From an uncultured Eubacteriales bacterium (lineage in GTDB: Bacteria > Bacillota > Clostridia > Peptostreptococcales > Anaerovoracaceae), in NCBI GenBank assembly GCA_902780845.1, contig CACZGZ010000001.1, forward strand, positions 1 to 54,873: 54,873 nt of DNA, given 5' to 3'. Below are positions 16,481 through 24,757 of the stretch, one piece after another. Made by a program: the position numbers and the translations under genes. Every line of letters starts with the position of its first letter. Within the stretch, counting starts at the first letter, position 1. Below the pieces are notes generated by a model, which saw only the letters and a program-made list of their open reading frames with translations, ran no database searches and was not told where the DNA came from.

Positions 16481-17845
16481 TTATATTGCGACTGCACCGG
16501 TAATGATAGCGACTACCAGCATGATTATTGATACGAGCCATGCAAGAGGCAGAGTCTTTTTCTGGTGTTCACCGAGTTCAACTCCTGAAAGACCGATCAG
16601 CAGGAATGTGGATGCGGTAAGAGGTGAGATCGGGAAACCGAGGGTCATCTGTCCGAGGATAGCTGCTCTGCCGACGTCAGCAGATGCAACGCCGAATCCC
16701 TTTGCTGTCTCTGCCAGGACCGGAAGAACTCCATAGTAGAAAGAGTCGGGGTCGAAGAGCAGTGAAGCGGGTGTAGCGATGATACCTACGATCAGAGGGA
16801 AGAACTGTCCGAGGGCCTGAGGGATGATGTCTACGAGTGCTGATGCCATAGCTGTGATCATTCCCGTTCCCTTCATGATACCTGTAAAGCATCCAGCTGC
16901 GAACAGTACAGAGCACATCATGAGGCAAGCCTTTGCATGAGCGTCAACTCTTTCCTTGGAATCCTTTACCTTAGGATAGTTGATGAGGGTCGCAAGTACG
17001 TAGAATACCATGAATACTACTGCAGGTGCAAAACCTGAGAAGAGCAGGCAGAGAATGGCTGCAACGATCAGAAGAACGTTGATCCAGAAGTTCTTGGGTC
17101 TCAGGAGAGCCTTTTCAGCTTCTGAAAGCTCGGGTTCAACATATGCTGCAAGTGCTCCTCCTTCGCTATTGGCGATTCGGCTCTTTTCAGCTTTTCCGAG
17201 GAAGAATGCGATAACGAATACTGCTACGATACCTGCGATTACTGCGGGGAGATCGGGCATGAAGAATGCTGCAGGGTTTTCCTCTCCTAAAGCTGTAGCT
17301 GCTCTGATGGTGGGGCCGCCCCAGGGAAGTACGTTCATGGTACCTGCTGCAAGAGCAACGAGAGTAGCCAGCGTTGTCCTTCTCATCTTAAGAGCATCAT
17401 AGAGCGGCAGAAGTGCCGGGATGCAGATGAGGAAGGTTACAGCGCCTGAACCGTCGAGATGAACTATTGATGCAAGAAATACTGTGCCGATACAGATCTT
17501 GACGGGATCGGTACCTACGACATTCAGGATCTTTTTGATGATGGGTCTGAATGTACCTGCATCTGTGAGGATCCCGAAGAACAGGATCGAGAAGATGAAC
17601 ATTACGCCTGTTGCTGCAACAGAACCGATACCTGCGGAACCTGTGATAAATCCGCCTAAACTTTTGAAATTGGTTGCAGGATCGATGATCCCGGGTGCAT
17701 TCTCAGGATCAGTAACAAAGAAGAAGCAAGCGATGATTCCGGTTACGATGGGTACCGCGATGAGCGCTACCAGAGGTGAAAGCTTCTTTGTCATGATCAG
17801 AGCAAGCATCAGTACAACAGTGGCAAATCCTAAAACTGCTAACAT
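16481..17845 (-). CDS. CitMHS-family (citrate / divalent-metal-citrate type) organic-anion transporter
   Basis: 454-aa polytopic protein. The N-terminus [34 protein letters not shown] is typical of CitM/CitH-like carriers. AAGGAGG RBS. Confidence 0.7.
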   Translation of the reverse strand: MLAVLGFATVVLMLALIMTKKLSPLVALIAVPIVTGIIACFFFVTDPENAPGIIDPATNFKSLGGFITGSAGIGSVAATGVMFIFSILFFGILTDAGTFRPIIKKILNVVGTDPVKICIGTVFLASIVHLDGSGAVTFLICIPALLPLYDALKMRRTTLATLVALAAGTMNVLPWGGPTIRAATALGEENPAAFFMPDLPAVIAGIVAVFVIAFFLGKAEKSRIANSEGGALAAYVEPELSEAEKALLRPKNFWINVLLIVAAILCLLFSGFAPAVVFMVFYVLATLINYPKVKDSKERVDAHAKACLMMCSVLFAAGCFTGIMKGTGMITAMASALVDIIPQALGQFFPLIVGIIATPASLLFDPDSFYYGVLPVLAETAKGFGVASADVGRAAILGQMTLGFPISPLTASTFLLIGLSGVELGEHQKKTLPLAWLVSIIMLVVAIITGAVAI

Positions 17846-17900
17846 TGTTTTTCCTCCTTAATGACTGTTGGATATTTGTTTATTTACTGTCAATCTATAG

Positions 17901-17916
17901 AGCAACAAGCATGCCA
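17901..17916 (-). promoter_or_regulatory. Sigma-54 (-24/-12) promoter
   Basis: Reverse strand reads TGGCATGcttgTTGCT, matching the consensus TGGCACG-N4-TTGCW with exact GG/GC spacing. The -12 GC lies about 57 nt upstream of the CitMHS ATG. Confidence 0.8.
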
Positions 17917-18030
17917 AATAATTAACCAATCCTTTTGCAGCGTTATTTTATTGATTTCACATCATATTGTGAGTATATTCACAGCATTTATTGTATTCGC
18001 TCACCAACAGCCGGAATCGGGCTCATAAAA

Positions 18031-18091
18031 TTTCCATTATTCTGGAATAAATCATTCCAAATTTATGGAATTAATTCCAATATTTTGTAAT
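18031..18091. promoter_or_regulatory. Candidate upstream activating sequence (UAS): three tandem TTCCA-N6-TGGAA palindromes
   Basis: TTTCCAttattcTGGAAT at 18031-18048, ATTCCAaatttaTGGAAT at 18054-18071, and ATTCCAatatttTGTAAT at 18074-18091. They lie 115-175 bp upstream of the -24 element. Confidence 0.55.
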
Positions 18092-18103
18092 TTATCAGGA
18101 TGC

Positions 18104-18143
18104 AATAAAAATATCCCGGGAATCTGAACCGTTCCCGGGATAT
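18104..18143 (-). terminator. Rho-independent terminator of the LtaS-family gene
   Basis: Reverse strand reads ATATCCCGGGAA-(9-nt loop)-TTCCCGGGATAT followed by TTTTATT. Confidence 0.75.
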
Positions 18144-18166
18144 TCTATGTTTCTGTTTGTTTTTTC

Positions 18167-20173
18167 TTATTTAACGTTTAAAAAGTACGGTGCGGAATAG
18201 CTGAGATACTTACCGGACCCGGAGTTGCTCAGCTGGCCGACCTTTATGAAACTGTCCTCAGTGATCACGAGCTCATTTACCAGCAGTTTATTGCTGTCCA
18301 GATAGTACGTCGGGTAAACTTCACCGTTCACAAATACCTTGCTGGACTGTGTGAAGTTCCATCCGTATACGTAGTAGAACTCGCCCGAGGTCTTCCTGAC
18401 AGACCTGATTGATATGGGGTCAATACCCATAACCATCTTTTTCTTCTTGTAGGGATTCTTTCCGCCGAAGATATAGCTTTCACCGTAAAGCATATCATAC
18501 TGGAGAGTCTGAAGATCCAGCTGATAGGATCCCTTATCCTGTGACGTCTGGTGGAACCTGAACATTTCTCCTACGTGAAGGTCTATGCTGTCGAACAGAG
18601 CAGCCACAGCCTGGTAGGCATGGATATCCTTTCCGGGATGATGCTCGAGCCCGATATTGTCCCAGACTACGTAATCAGTCTGATAAATGGTGGTCTCCTT
18701 AAGGTCACTGTCTTTAAGCCCGAGGGTCGGCAGATGGTCGCCGTAGAACATGATGACAGTAGGCTCGCCGCGTTCTCTTACATCGTCTATGAGGTCTTTT
18801 ACGAACTTATCCATTTCGTGAAGCTGGTTCACGTAATATTCCCACTGATAATTTGCTTCTATGGTCTCTGCGCCGGTTACCTGTATCTCGGGTTCTTCAA
18901 GAAGCTCTGCCGTAGGATATGCACCGTGTCCCTGCACTGAGACCGCGAATACAAAGTCGTTTCCTTTCGTCGAATCAAGGCAGTCCTCGATATACGGTAT
19001 CAGGGTCCTGTCCCTCATCCAGCCGATCTCATTCAGATCATCCTGATTGTTCATATATTCGCTGGATGTGAAGTCGCTGAAACCAAGGTTGGCGTAGACT
19101 TTTTTGCGGCTGTAGAAGGTTGCGTAATTATTATGTACAGCGTGGGCTTTCAGACCCAGATTTTCGAGAACGTATGCGATGGATTCGCCGGTCCTTTCCT
19201 TGAAAATACCCTTGTAAGGGTACTCACCCGTTCCGAAATATCTGAGAGACATCCCCGTCAGAGTCTCAAACTCAGTATTGACCGTACCTGCGCCTACCGT
19301 GGGCACAGTATAGTGACCGGAGGTATATTCCTCCGAAAGTTTATGCCAGTTGGGTATGGGATCTTCAGAAAAACTGAGGAATTCCACCCCTGTCGGGTCG
19401 AAAAACGTCTCAAGCTGAACGATGATAACATTAGGCACGTCCTCGACGTTTCCCGGATCAAGCTGGCCTTCCTGACTTATTATGCTGCTGATGAGCTCCT
19501 CAGAATAACCCTGCGGCTTATCGATACCCGTATCCGTCAGGGTAACGCTCAGGCAGTAAGGAAAGCCAAAGTCCTGATAAGCAAAAGCAATATTTCCGAA
19601 GTATGTTGAAAGCACCCTGGCCTCATAACAGTACTGGGTCAGTCCGAAAAAGCCAAGGGCTGCAGCCAGAAGGCAGGGTACGATGATCCTGAAGTCTCGC
19701 TTACCCCTGTATTTCGGGCATTTTAAAAAGAATATGATCAGCACTGCCGCAAGAATTGCCAAAGCAACTACCATTGCGACGCCCGCTGCTTTTGACATAT
19801 ATTTGGTAAGGACTCCGGCGCCTTCCAGTATCATCTTGAAGTCGGGACCCGTAAGCGGTGTGACACGGTTGGCAAGGATGAAGCCGTTGGCCAGTCCCAG
19901 CAGGAACCATACCATAAATACGAGAGTCCTCCAGAAAGCCCTTCTTCTGAAAAGAAATACTATAAGTGAAGTTAAGAATATCAGAAGCGCATTATAACAG
20001 AAGACCTTGGTGCTGTTATCCAGAAAGGCAAAGGCTTCACTGAAGGAATGGCGTGACATCGCTTCGATCACAAAATATAAAACGAAACTTCCGGCAAGCT
20101 GAAGCAGGACTGCAAACTTGTTGCAAAACTGAAGTATCGTTTCTTTTGACGGTATATTATAATTTTTGTTCAT
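18167..20173 (-). CDS. LTA-synthase (LtaS) family sulfatase-domain membrane protein with a C-terminal beta-rich extension
   Basis: N-terminal multi-TM region plus an extracytoplasmic alkaline-phosphatase-like domain (VIIVQLETFFDP, FYGDHLP). Start set at ATG 20173 (MNKNYNIP...) because the predicted TSS (about 20204) lies downstream of the track start at 20224. Confidence 0.8.
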   Translation of the reverse strand: MNKNYNIPSKETILQFCNKFAVLLQLAGSFVLYFVIEAMSRHSFSEAFAFLDNSTKVFCYNALLIFLTSLIVFLFRRRAFWRTLVFMVWFLLGLANGFILANRVTPLTGPDFKMILEGAGVLTKYMSKAAGVAMVVALAILAAVLIIFFLKCPKYRGKRDFRIIVPCLLAAALGFFGLTQYCYEARVLSTYFGNIAFAYQDFGFPYCLSVTLTDTGIDKPQGYSEELISSIISQEGQLDPGNVEDVPNVIIVQLETFFDPTGVEFLSFSEDPIPNWHKLSEEYTSGHYTVPTVGAGTVNTEFETLTGMSLRYFGTGEYPYKGIFKERTGESIAYVLENLGLKAHAVHNNYATFYSRKKVYANLGFSDFTSSEYMNNQDDLNEIGWMRDRTLIPYIEDCLDSTKGNDFVFAVSVQGHGAYPTAELLEEPEIQVTGAETIEANYQWEYYVNQLHEMDKFVKDLIDDVRERGEPTVIMFYGDHLPTLGLKDSDLKETTIYQTDYVVWDNIGLEHHPGKDIHAYQAVAALFDSIDLHVGEMFRFHQTSQDKGSYQLDLQTLQYDMLYGESYIFGGKNPYKKKKMVMGIDPISIRSVRKTSGEFYYVYGWNFTQSSKVFVNGEVYPTYYLDSNKLLVNELVITEDSFIKVGQLSNSGSGKYLSYSAPYFLNVK

Positions 20174-20210
20174 ATTTTCTTTCTGATCGTATAACAATTC
20201 CGACTGTCTA

Positions 20211-20238
20211 ATTATACCCGTCAAGCCTTATTTGTCAA
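20211..20238 (-). promoter_or_regulatory. Sigma-A promoter of the LtaS-family gene (TTGACA-16-TATAAT)
   Basis: Reverse strand reads TTGACAaataaggcttgacgggTATAAT. The -35 is 20238-20233 and the -10 is 20216-20211. Confidence 0.65.
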
Positions 20239-20310
20239 GAGTTTATGCTGTTTTCTAAAAACATCCTTTCCACAGATCTCATCTGAGATCGAGATATAAT
20301 GTAACAAATA

Positions 20311-20382
20311 AAAACCCCGGAAACCATTGAAGTCTCCGGGGTGTTTACTATTATTCTTACTCGATCGGCTTCATTGTGGGGA
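20311..20382 (-). repeat. Copy A of the 72-bp module: lysS-like 3' end (FPTMKPIE-stop) plus terminator hairpin
   Basis: The 27-mer at 20356-20382 is identical to 21728-21754. The hairpin CCCCGGA...TCCGGGG at 20315-20341 is followed (minus strand) by a T-tract and acts as the terminator for the XRE-TPR gene. Confidence 0.7.
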
Positions 20383-20534
20383 ATAATTCCAAGACTCCGT
20401 GATCTATGACAAAAGTTCATATATCGTTACAATGTCACGTTTCTTTAATATGGACTTTTACATATCTTCGTATCATCTTCCATATTATATGTCGTATTTG
20501 TATCGGGTTTTGTATCGGTTTAGCTGCGCACCGA

Positions 20535-21569
20535 TTACATAAGTTTATCGTAAGTACTTAGCCGCTTTATCCAGCGCCTGATCCTTTCTGAGGTCTCTCC
20601 TTCAGTGGTGTCCCAGTCGCTGGCCAGGAGTTCAAGTTCCTCTTCCAGTACTTTTACAGCTTCAGCATTTTTACCCTGTATCTCATAGATCATGGCTATG
20701 GACTCCAGGCTGTCCACATATTTGGGTGATGTCTGGTGCTCCAATGCCTTGCGGTATGACTTAACAGCGTCATCATATCTGACCTCCATTACAGCCACGT
20801 CAGCAAGGCTCAGGTCTACAAGCCAATCCTCCGGGAATTCCTCAGGGAGTTTATCCCAAATCTCATGAGCCTCATCGGACTTACCCTTATACCAAAGTAT
20901 AAGCCCGCGATAAAAGCTCGTGCGGTAAGTGTCATCTGCCTTTGCCAGACTCTCCAAAACTGCTTCTGCCTCTTCGATTCGTCTGTCGTCCAAAAGGTTA
21001 TCCATAAGCCACAGGTGTGCACTCCTATTATCAGGGTGCTTCCTAACGAAGTCCTGTAAATATCCTATCAATTCATAGTGATTTCTCACGCACCAGTCGG
21101 GTATGAAGCCGTTCATGGCTCCGTTTAGTTCTGAAAGTGCATCTCTGTTGTCGGGATCGATAGCAAGGGCAGCCTTGGCTTCTTCGGCTGCAGCTTCTTT
21201 GAGGAAGTCAGCCTGGTGATTGTAAAGGTCTGCCTTCAGTCTATGGCAGTCTGATACGCGATAACTAGATGTGATCTTTTCATCGATCCAGCGCTCAGCC
21301 TGGTCGAATTCATCATGGGACAAAAGTCTTTTATCCCAGATCACGTTCTGAATACGGTCGAATTCTTTTTCTTCAGTAAGCCCGAAGAGTTCATCAAGAG
21401 ACACTCCAAAGTACACTGCGAGTTCCGGCAAAACACTCACATCCGGCATCGTAGTACCACGCTCCCATTTGGACACTGCCTGTGCAGTAACTCCCATGGC
21501 GGAAGCAAGGGCTTCCTGAGTTATACCGCGGGATGTACGCAGGCTGCGTATTTTATCTGTAAGTTCCAT
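20535..21569 (-). CDS. XRE-family HTH regulator fused to a TPR-like repeat domain
   Basis: The N-terminus LRTSRGITQEALASAMGVTAQAVSKWERGTTMPDVSVLPELAVYFGVSLDELF is a canonical HTH_3 domain. The following ~270 aa are helical-repeat/TPR-like. Confidence 0.8.
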   Translation of the reverse strand: MELTDKIRSLRTSRGITQEALASAMGVTAQAVSKWERGTTMPDVSVLPELAVYFGVSLDELFGLTEEKEFDRIQNVIWDKRLLSHDEFDQAERWIDEKITSSYRVSDCHRLKADLYNHQADFLKEAAAEEAKAALAIDPDNRDALSELNGAMNGFIPDWCVRNHYELIGYLQDFVRKHPDNRSAHLWLMDNLLDDRRIEEAEAVLESLAKADDTYRTSFYRGLILWYKGKSDEAHEIWDKLPEEFPEDWLVDLSLADVAVMEVRYDDAVKSYRKALEHQTSPKYVDSLESIAMIYEIQGKNAEAVKVLEEELELLASDWDTTEGETSERIRRWIKRLSTYDKLM

Positions 21570-21683
21570 TGTTTTTCTCCTTTACTGCTTTGATCATCGA
21601 TGTCATGTATATAATAGCAAAGAAATCCTTTGGTGAACAGCGTCTGTTTTAACAGCAAACTCAACCTGCGGTTGAACAATTAT

Positions 21684-21754
21684 AAAACCCCGGAAACCAT
21701 AAAGTCTCCGGGGTATTCGCTTTTGAGCTTACTCGATCGGCTTCATTGTGGGGA
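21684..21754 (-). repeat. Copy B of the lysS-like 3' end plus terminator module
   Basis: Hairpin at 21688-21713 and 27-mer at 21728-21754. It begins 3 nt after the stop of the heptad-repeat gene and serves as its terminator. Confidence 0.7.
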
Positions 21755-21757
21755 GTT

Positions 21758-24742
21758 TTATTCCTCTTCTCCTATGGCATCTGTTCTAATGATAAATCGG
21801 ACTGAACTGTCGCCGTCATAGGATCCTGAGAATGAATTATACTCATCGCTCATAGATTTGAGAGCCTTAAGCCTGTCTATAAGGTCACGTCCATCGCCTT
21901 CAAGCACGTCTGTAAGTTTATGGATACCGTCTCTGTCGAACTTGGCCATTCCGTCCTTTAGTTCTTTTGCTCCTTTAAGAAGAGTATCCACGCCATCAGC
22001 CAGGTCTCCGGTCCCGTCCTTAAGCTGAGATGTGCCGCTCTTTAATTCCTTGACTCCGTCAGCAGCTTCCGTAGCTCCTTTTGACAAGGTTCCTGCTCCA
22101 TCACTCAATGTTTCGGTGCCCTTCTTAAGAGCCTTGGCCCCACTTGCTACCTTGGAAGCGCCGTCAGACAGTGCAGATGCTCCTTCATCGACTTTCTTAG
22201 CTCCTTCGTTAAGCGCGGATAATCCGGTCTTAAGAGTATCTGTTCCCTCCTTAAGCGTCTGTGCACCTGTCGCCGCCTGAGATGCGCCATCTGATAAAGT
22301 CTTGGTTCCATCCTTGAGGGCGGATGCTCCTGTTGCCACCTGAGATGTACCGTCTGATAAACTCTTAGTTCCATCCTTGAGGGCGGATGCTCCTGTTGCA
22401 AGCTGGGATGTTCCATCATTAAGTTGAGATGCTCCATCAGCTGCACTCTTGGCTCCATCTGATACCTGAGAAGCTCCCGTAGCCAGGTCACTTGCACCTT
22501 TAGCTGCTTCGGATGCTCCTGATGCCAGTTTGGATGTTCCGTCCTTAAGAGCCTTGGCTCCCTGTGCTGCAGAGCCTGCTCCCTGAGATAATTCAGATGC
22601 TCCTGATGCCAGCTGCCCTACTCCGGAAACCAGAGATTTAGAGCTTTCCTGCATCTGATCCAGTCCGCCTGCTACAGTACCAAGGTTTTCTGCTGCGCTT
22701 GAGATGCCCCTTGCTACAGCGCCTGCTCCTGATGCCAGTCCATCGGCTCCATCCTTAAGCTGTGATGCTCCGGAAGCTATACCATCTGCACCGGAGCTGA
22801 TACTGCCCGCGCCTTCCTGAATGCTTCCTGCTCCGCCTTTGATGGCCTGAAGATATTGTTCTATTGCAGCTACTGTTTCTGCGTTTTCATCATTCTTGAT
22901 ACTTGAAAGGAGGTCCGATGCAGCTCCCGCTGCGTCTTTTATGCTGTCGGCGCCGGAACTGATACTGCCTGCGCCGGTCTTGATGGATCCTGCGGCATCC
23001 TTGATACCGCCGAGTCCTGAGGAAATGCTTTCTGCTCCGGACTTAAGGCTGGTTGCTCCGTTATACAGATCTCCTTCAAGAGCAGATTTGATCTGTGTTG
23101 TACCGTTATATAAGGCACCCACGCTTTCGGGCAGGTCTGCCACCTGGGACTGCATCTGGCTTAAGCCATCAGACACACTCTTAGCGCCTGTGCTAAGAGA
23201 ATCGATCCCGTCTGACAGAGTGCTCATGTTTTCTGATACCTGGGAGGCTCCTTCTGATACTGATGCAACACCATCCTTAAGATCGGATGCTCCGGTTGCC
23301 ACCTGAGATGCTCCACTTGATAACTGTGAAGTGCCTTCTTTAAGACTCGAAGCCCCGGCTGCCACCTGTGTTGCGCCATCCGAAAGATCCGAAGCTCCCT
23401 TATTTACTGCTTCTGCACCTGTGGATACCTGAGAAGCTCCGTCTGACAGGTCTGATGCTCCCTTGGCAGCAGCTGCTGCACCGTCAGAAACCTGTTTAAC
23501 GCCATCGGATAGATCTGTTGCCCCTTTATTGAGAACTTCACCACCTGCTTCGGCGTCTTTAGTGCCCTTGGCAAGTTCAGATGTGCCGGAAGCCAGATTG
23601 CTTGCTCCCTTGGAAACCTGAGAAGCTCCGTCCTTGAGATCCCCTGCTCCGGTATCAAGAGTCTTCGAGCCATCTGCCAGTTCTTTGGCTCCTGAAGCAA
23701 GCTGATCGTTACCATCCTTAAGCGCTCCTGCTCCTTTGTCGAGTTTATCGACTCCATCCTTAAGATCTGATGCGCCGTTATCCAGTTTGCCTACTCCGTC
23801 ATAGAGCTTCTGAGAGCCATCGGTAAGTTCCCCGGATGCACTGGTAAGCTGGCCAAGTGCTGACTCCAGTTCATCAAGTGTGTCTACATCGTCAAGCTCC
23901 ACATCCTTTAGAAGTGAGTTCTCAATGATGGTCATGGCTGTCATCAGAGAGAAATCCGTAACGTCCGCTTCTATGACTACGGACTCAGGGATATCGATAT
24001 CCGCAAAACATCCGTTAAGGTCTAAGCTTTCTTTCAGACCGGGCATTGCCATGCCTACTACGGCGGTCCTGTCTCCTGTGTTGATCACCTTGCCGTTTGA
24101 AACGGTAACACCTGCTGCTTTAGTGTTATCAAGAAGCAGTCCGGAGATCACCATGAAAGGTTCATAGAGGGTGACATTCCTGCCGTTTACCACTCTTGTC
24201 TCTGAAATGTTATTTGTATAATTGAAGGTTATCTTAAGATGGCCTGTTGCTCCTGCAGCTTCCTTTGCAGTGATTTTTTTGCCATCGAGTTCATATGATA
24301 TCTTAGTCGTAACGGGGAGTTCCTTGTTAGTAGTTCCCTGATAGTAAATGTCTTTACCGTCAGCGTTCCAGATGATCTCTCCGTCATCTCCCTTGGTGAA
24401 GGTCTCTTTTCCTTTCACGTTTTCGATGTTTTCCAGATCGGCATTGTCCTTGAGGGTGTCTTCGCCATCAGGATTCTTGAGCCAGTTGCTGACTATGGTC
24501 TCCTTAGGAGTCCCATCGGGCTCTGCTATAACATATACCGTCTCTTCCTTGCCTTCTTCAGAAGAGCTGCCTCCGGATCCCAGCAGTGATTCTGCAGCTT
24601 CCGTCAGCTGATCAGCTTCTTCTGATGTGGCAGCATATGCCTTGTCAATATTAATTACTTCGTACAGTTCTCCTCCTGTCATAAGGGCGAAGGTGAGCAC
24701 TGCCAGGATCAACGCTGTAAGCCTGTTTGCTCTTTTACTCAT
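21758..24742 (-). CDS. Large secreted/anchored protein with an N-terminal signal-anchor, a beta-rich domain and about 600 aa of x-x-x-Leu-x-x-Gly heptad repeats (YhgE/Pip-like repeat type)
   Basis: Start set at ATG 24742 (MSKRANRLTALILAVLTFAL...), 8 nt after GGAGG. Long runs such as GASDLSDGASQVSTGAEAVNKGASDLSDGATQV. Immediately downstream of an MMPL gene. Confidence 0.8.
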   Translation of the reverse strand: MSKRANRLTALILAVLTFALMTGGELYEVINIDKAYAATSEEADQLTEAAESLLGSGGSSSEEGKEETVYVIAEPDGTPKETIVSNWLKNPDGEDTLKDNADLENIENVKGKETFTKGDDGEIIWNADGKDIYYQGTTNKELPVTTKISYELDGKKITAKEAAGATGHLKITFNYTNNISETRVVNGRNVTLYEPFMVISGLLLDNTKAAGVTVSNGKVINTGDRTAVVGMAMPGLKESLDLNGCFADIDIPESVVIEADVTDFSLMTAMTIIENSLLKDVELDDVDTLDELESALGQLTSASGELTDGSQKLYDGVGKLDNGASDLKDGVDKLDKGAGALKDGNDQLASGAKELADGSKTLDTGAGDLKDGASQVSKGASNLASGTSELAKGTKDAEAGGEVLNKGATDLSDGVKQVSDGAAAAAKGASDLSDGASQVSTGAEAVNKGASDLSDGATQVAAGASSLKEGTSQLSSGASQVATGASDLKDGVASVSEGASQVSENMSTLSDGIDSLSTGAKSVSDGLSQMQSQVADLPESVGALYNGTTQIKSALEGDLYNGATSLKSGAESISSGLGGIKDAAGSIKTGAGSISSGADSIKDAAGAASDLLSSIKNDENAETVAAIEQYLQAIKGGAGSIQEGAGSISSGADGIASGASQLKDGADGLASGAGAVARGISSAAENLGTVAGGLDQMQESSKSLVSGVGQLASGASELSQGAGSAAQGAKALKDGTSKLASGASEAAKGASDLATGASQVSDGAKSAADGASQLNDGTSQLATGASALKDGTKSLSDGTSQVATGASALKDGTKTLSDGASQAATGAQTLKEGTDTLKTGLSALNEGAKKVDEGASALSDGASKVASGAKALKKGTETLSDGAGTLSKGATEAADGVKELKSGTSQLKDGTGDLADGVDTLLKGAKELKDGMAKFDRDGIHKLTDVLEGDGRDLIDRLKALKSMSDEYNSFSGSYDGDSSVRFIIRTDAIGEEE
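21960..23850 (-). repeat. Degenerate tandem coding repeats (21-nt heptad units, locally 63-bp units) inside the heptad-repeat gene
   Basis: For example, ttccatccttgagggcggatgctcctgttgc occurs at 22306 and again at 22369 (63-bp offset, equal to the 21-aa unit DGTKxLSDGxSQxATGAxxLK). Confidence 0.7.
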
Positions 24743-24757
24743 TTGAAATACCTCCAA

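Noticed and set aside
20235-20420. 61-aa minus-strand ORF between the XRE-TPR and LtaS-family genes.
   Set aside because: It reads straight through the terminator hairpin and the lysS-tail relic in the wrong frame, has no RBS, and overlaps the LtaS promoter.
20493-20520. Direct repeat TTTGTATCGG x2 just downstream of the XRE-TPR stop codon.
   Set aside because: Only two short copies are present. There is no palindromic character and no positional logic I could attach to them.
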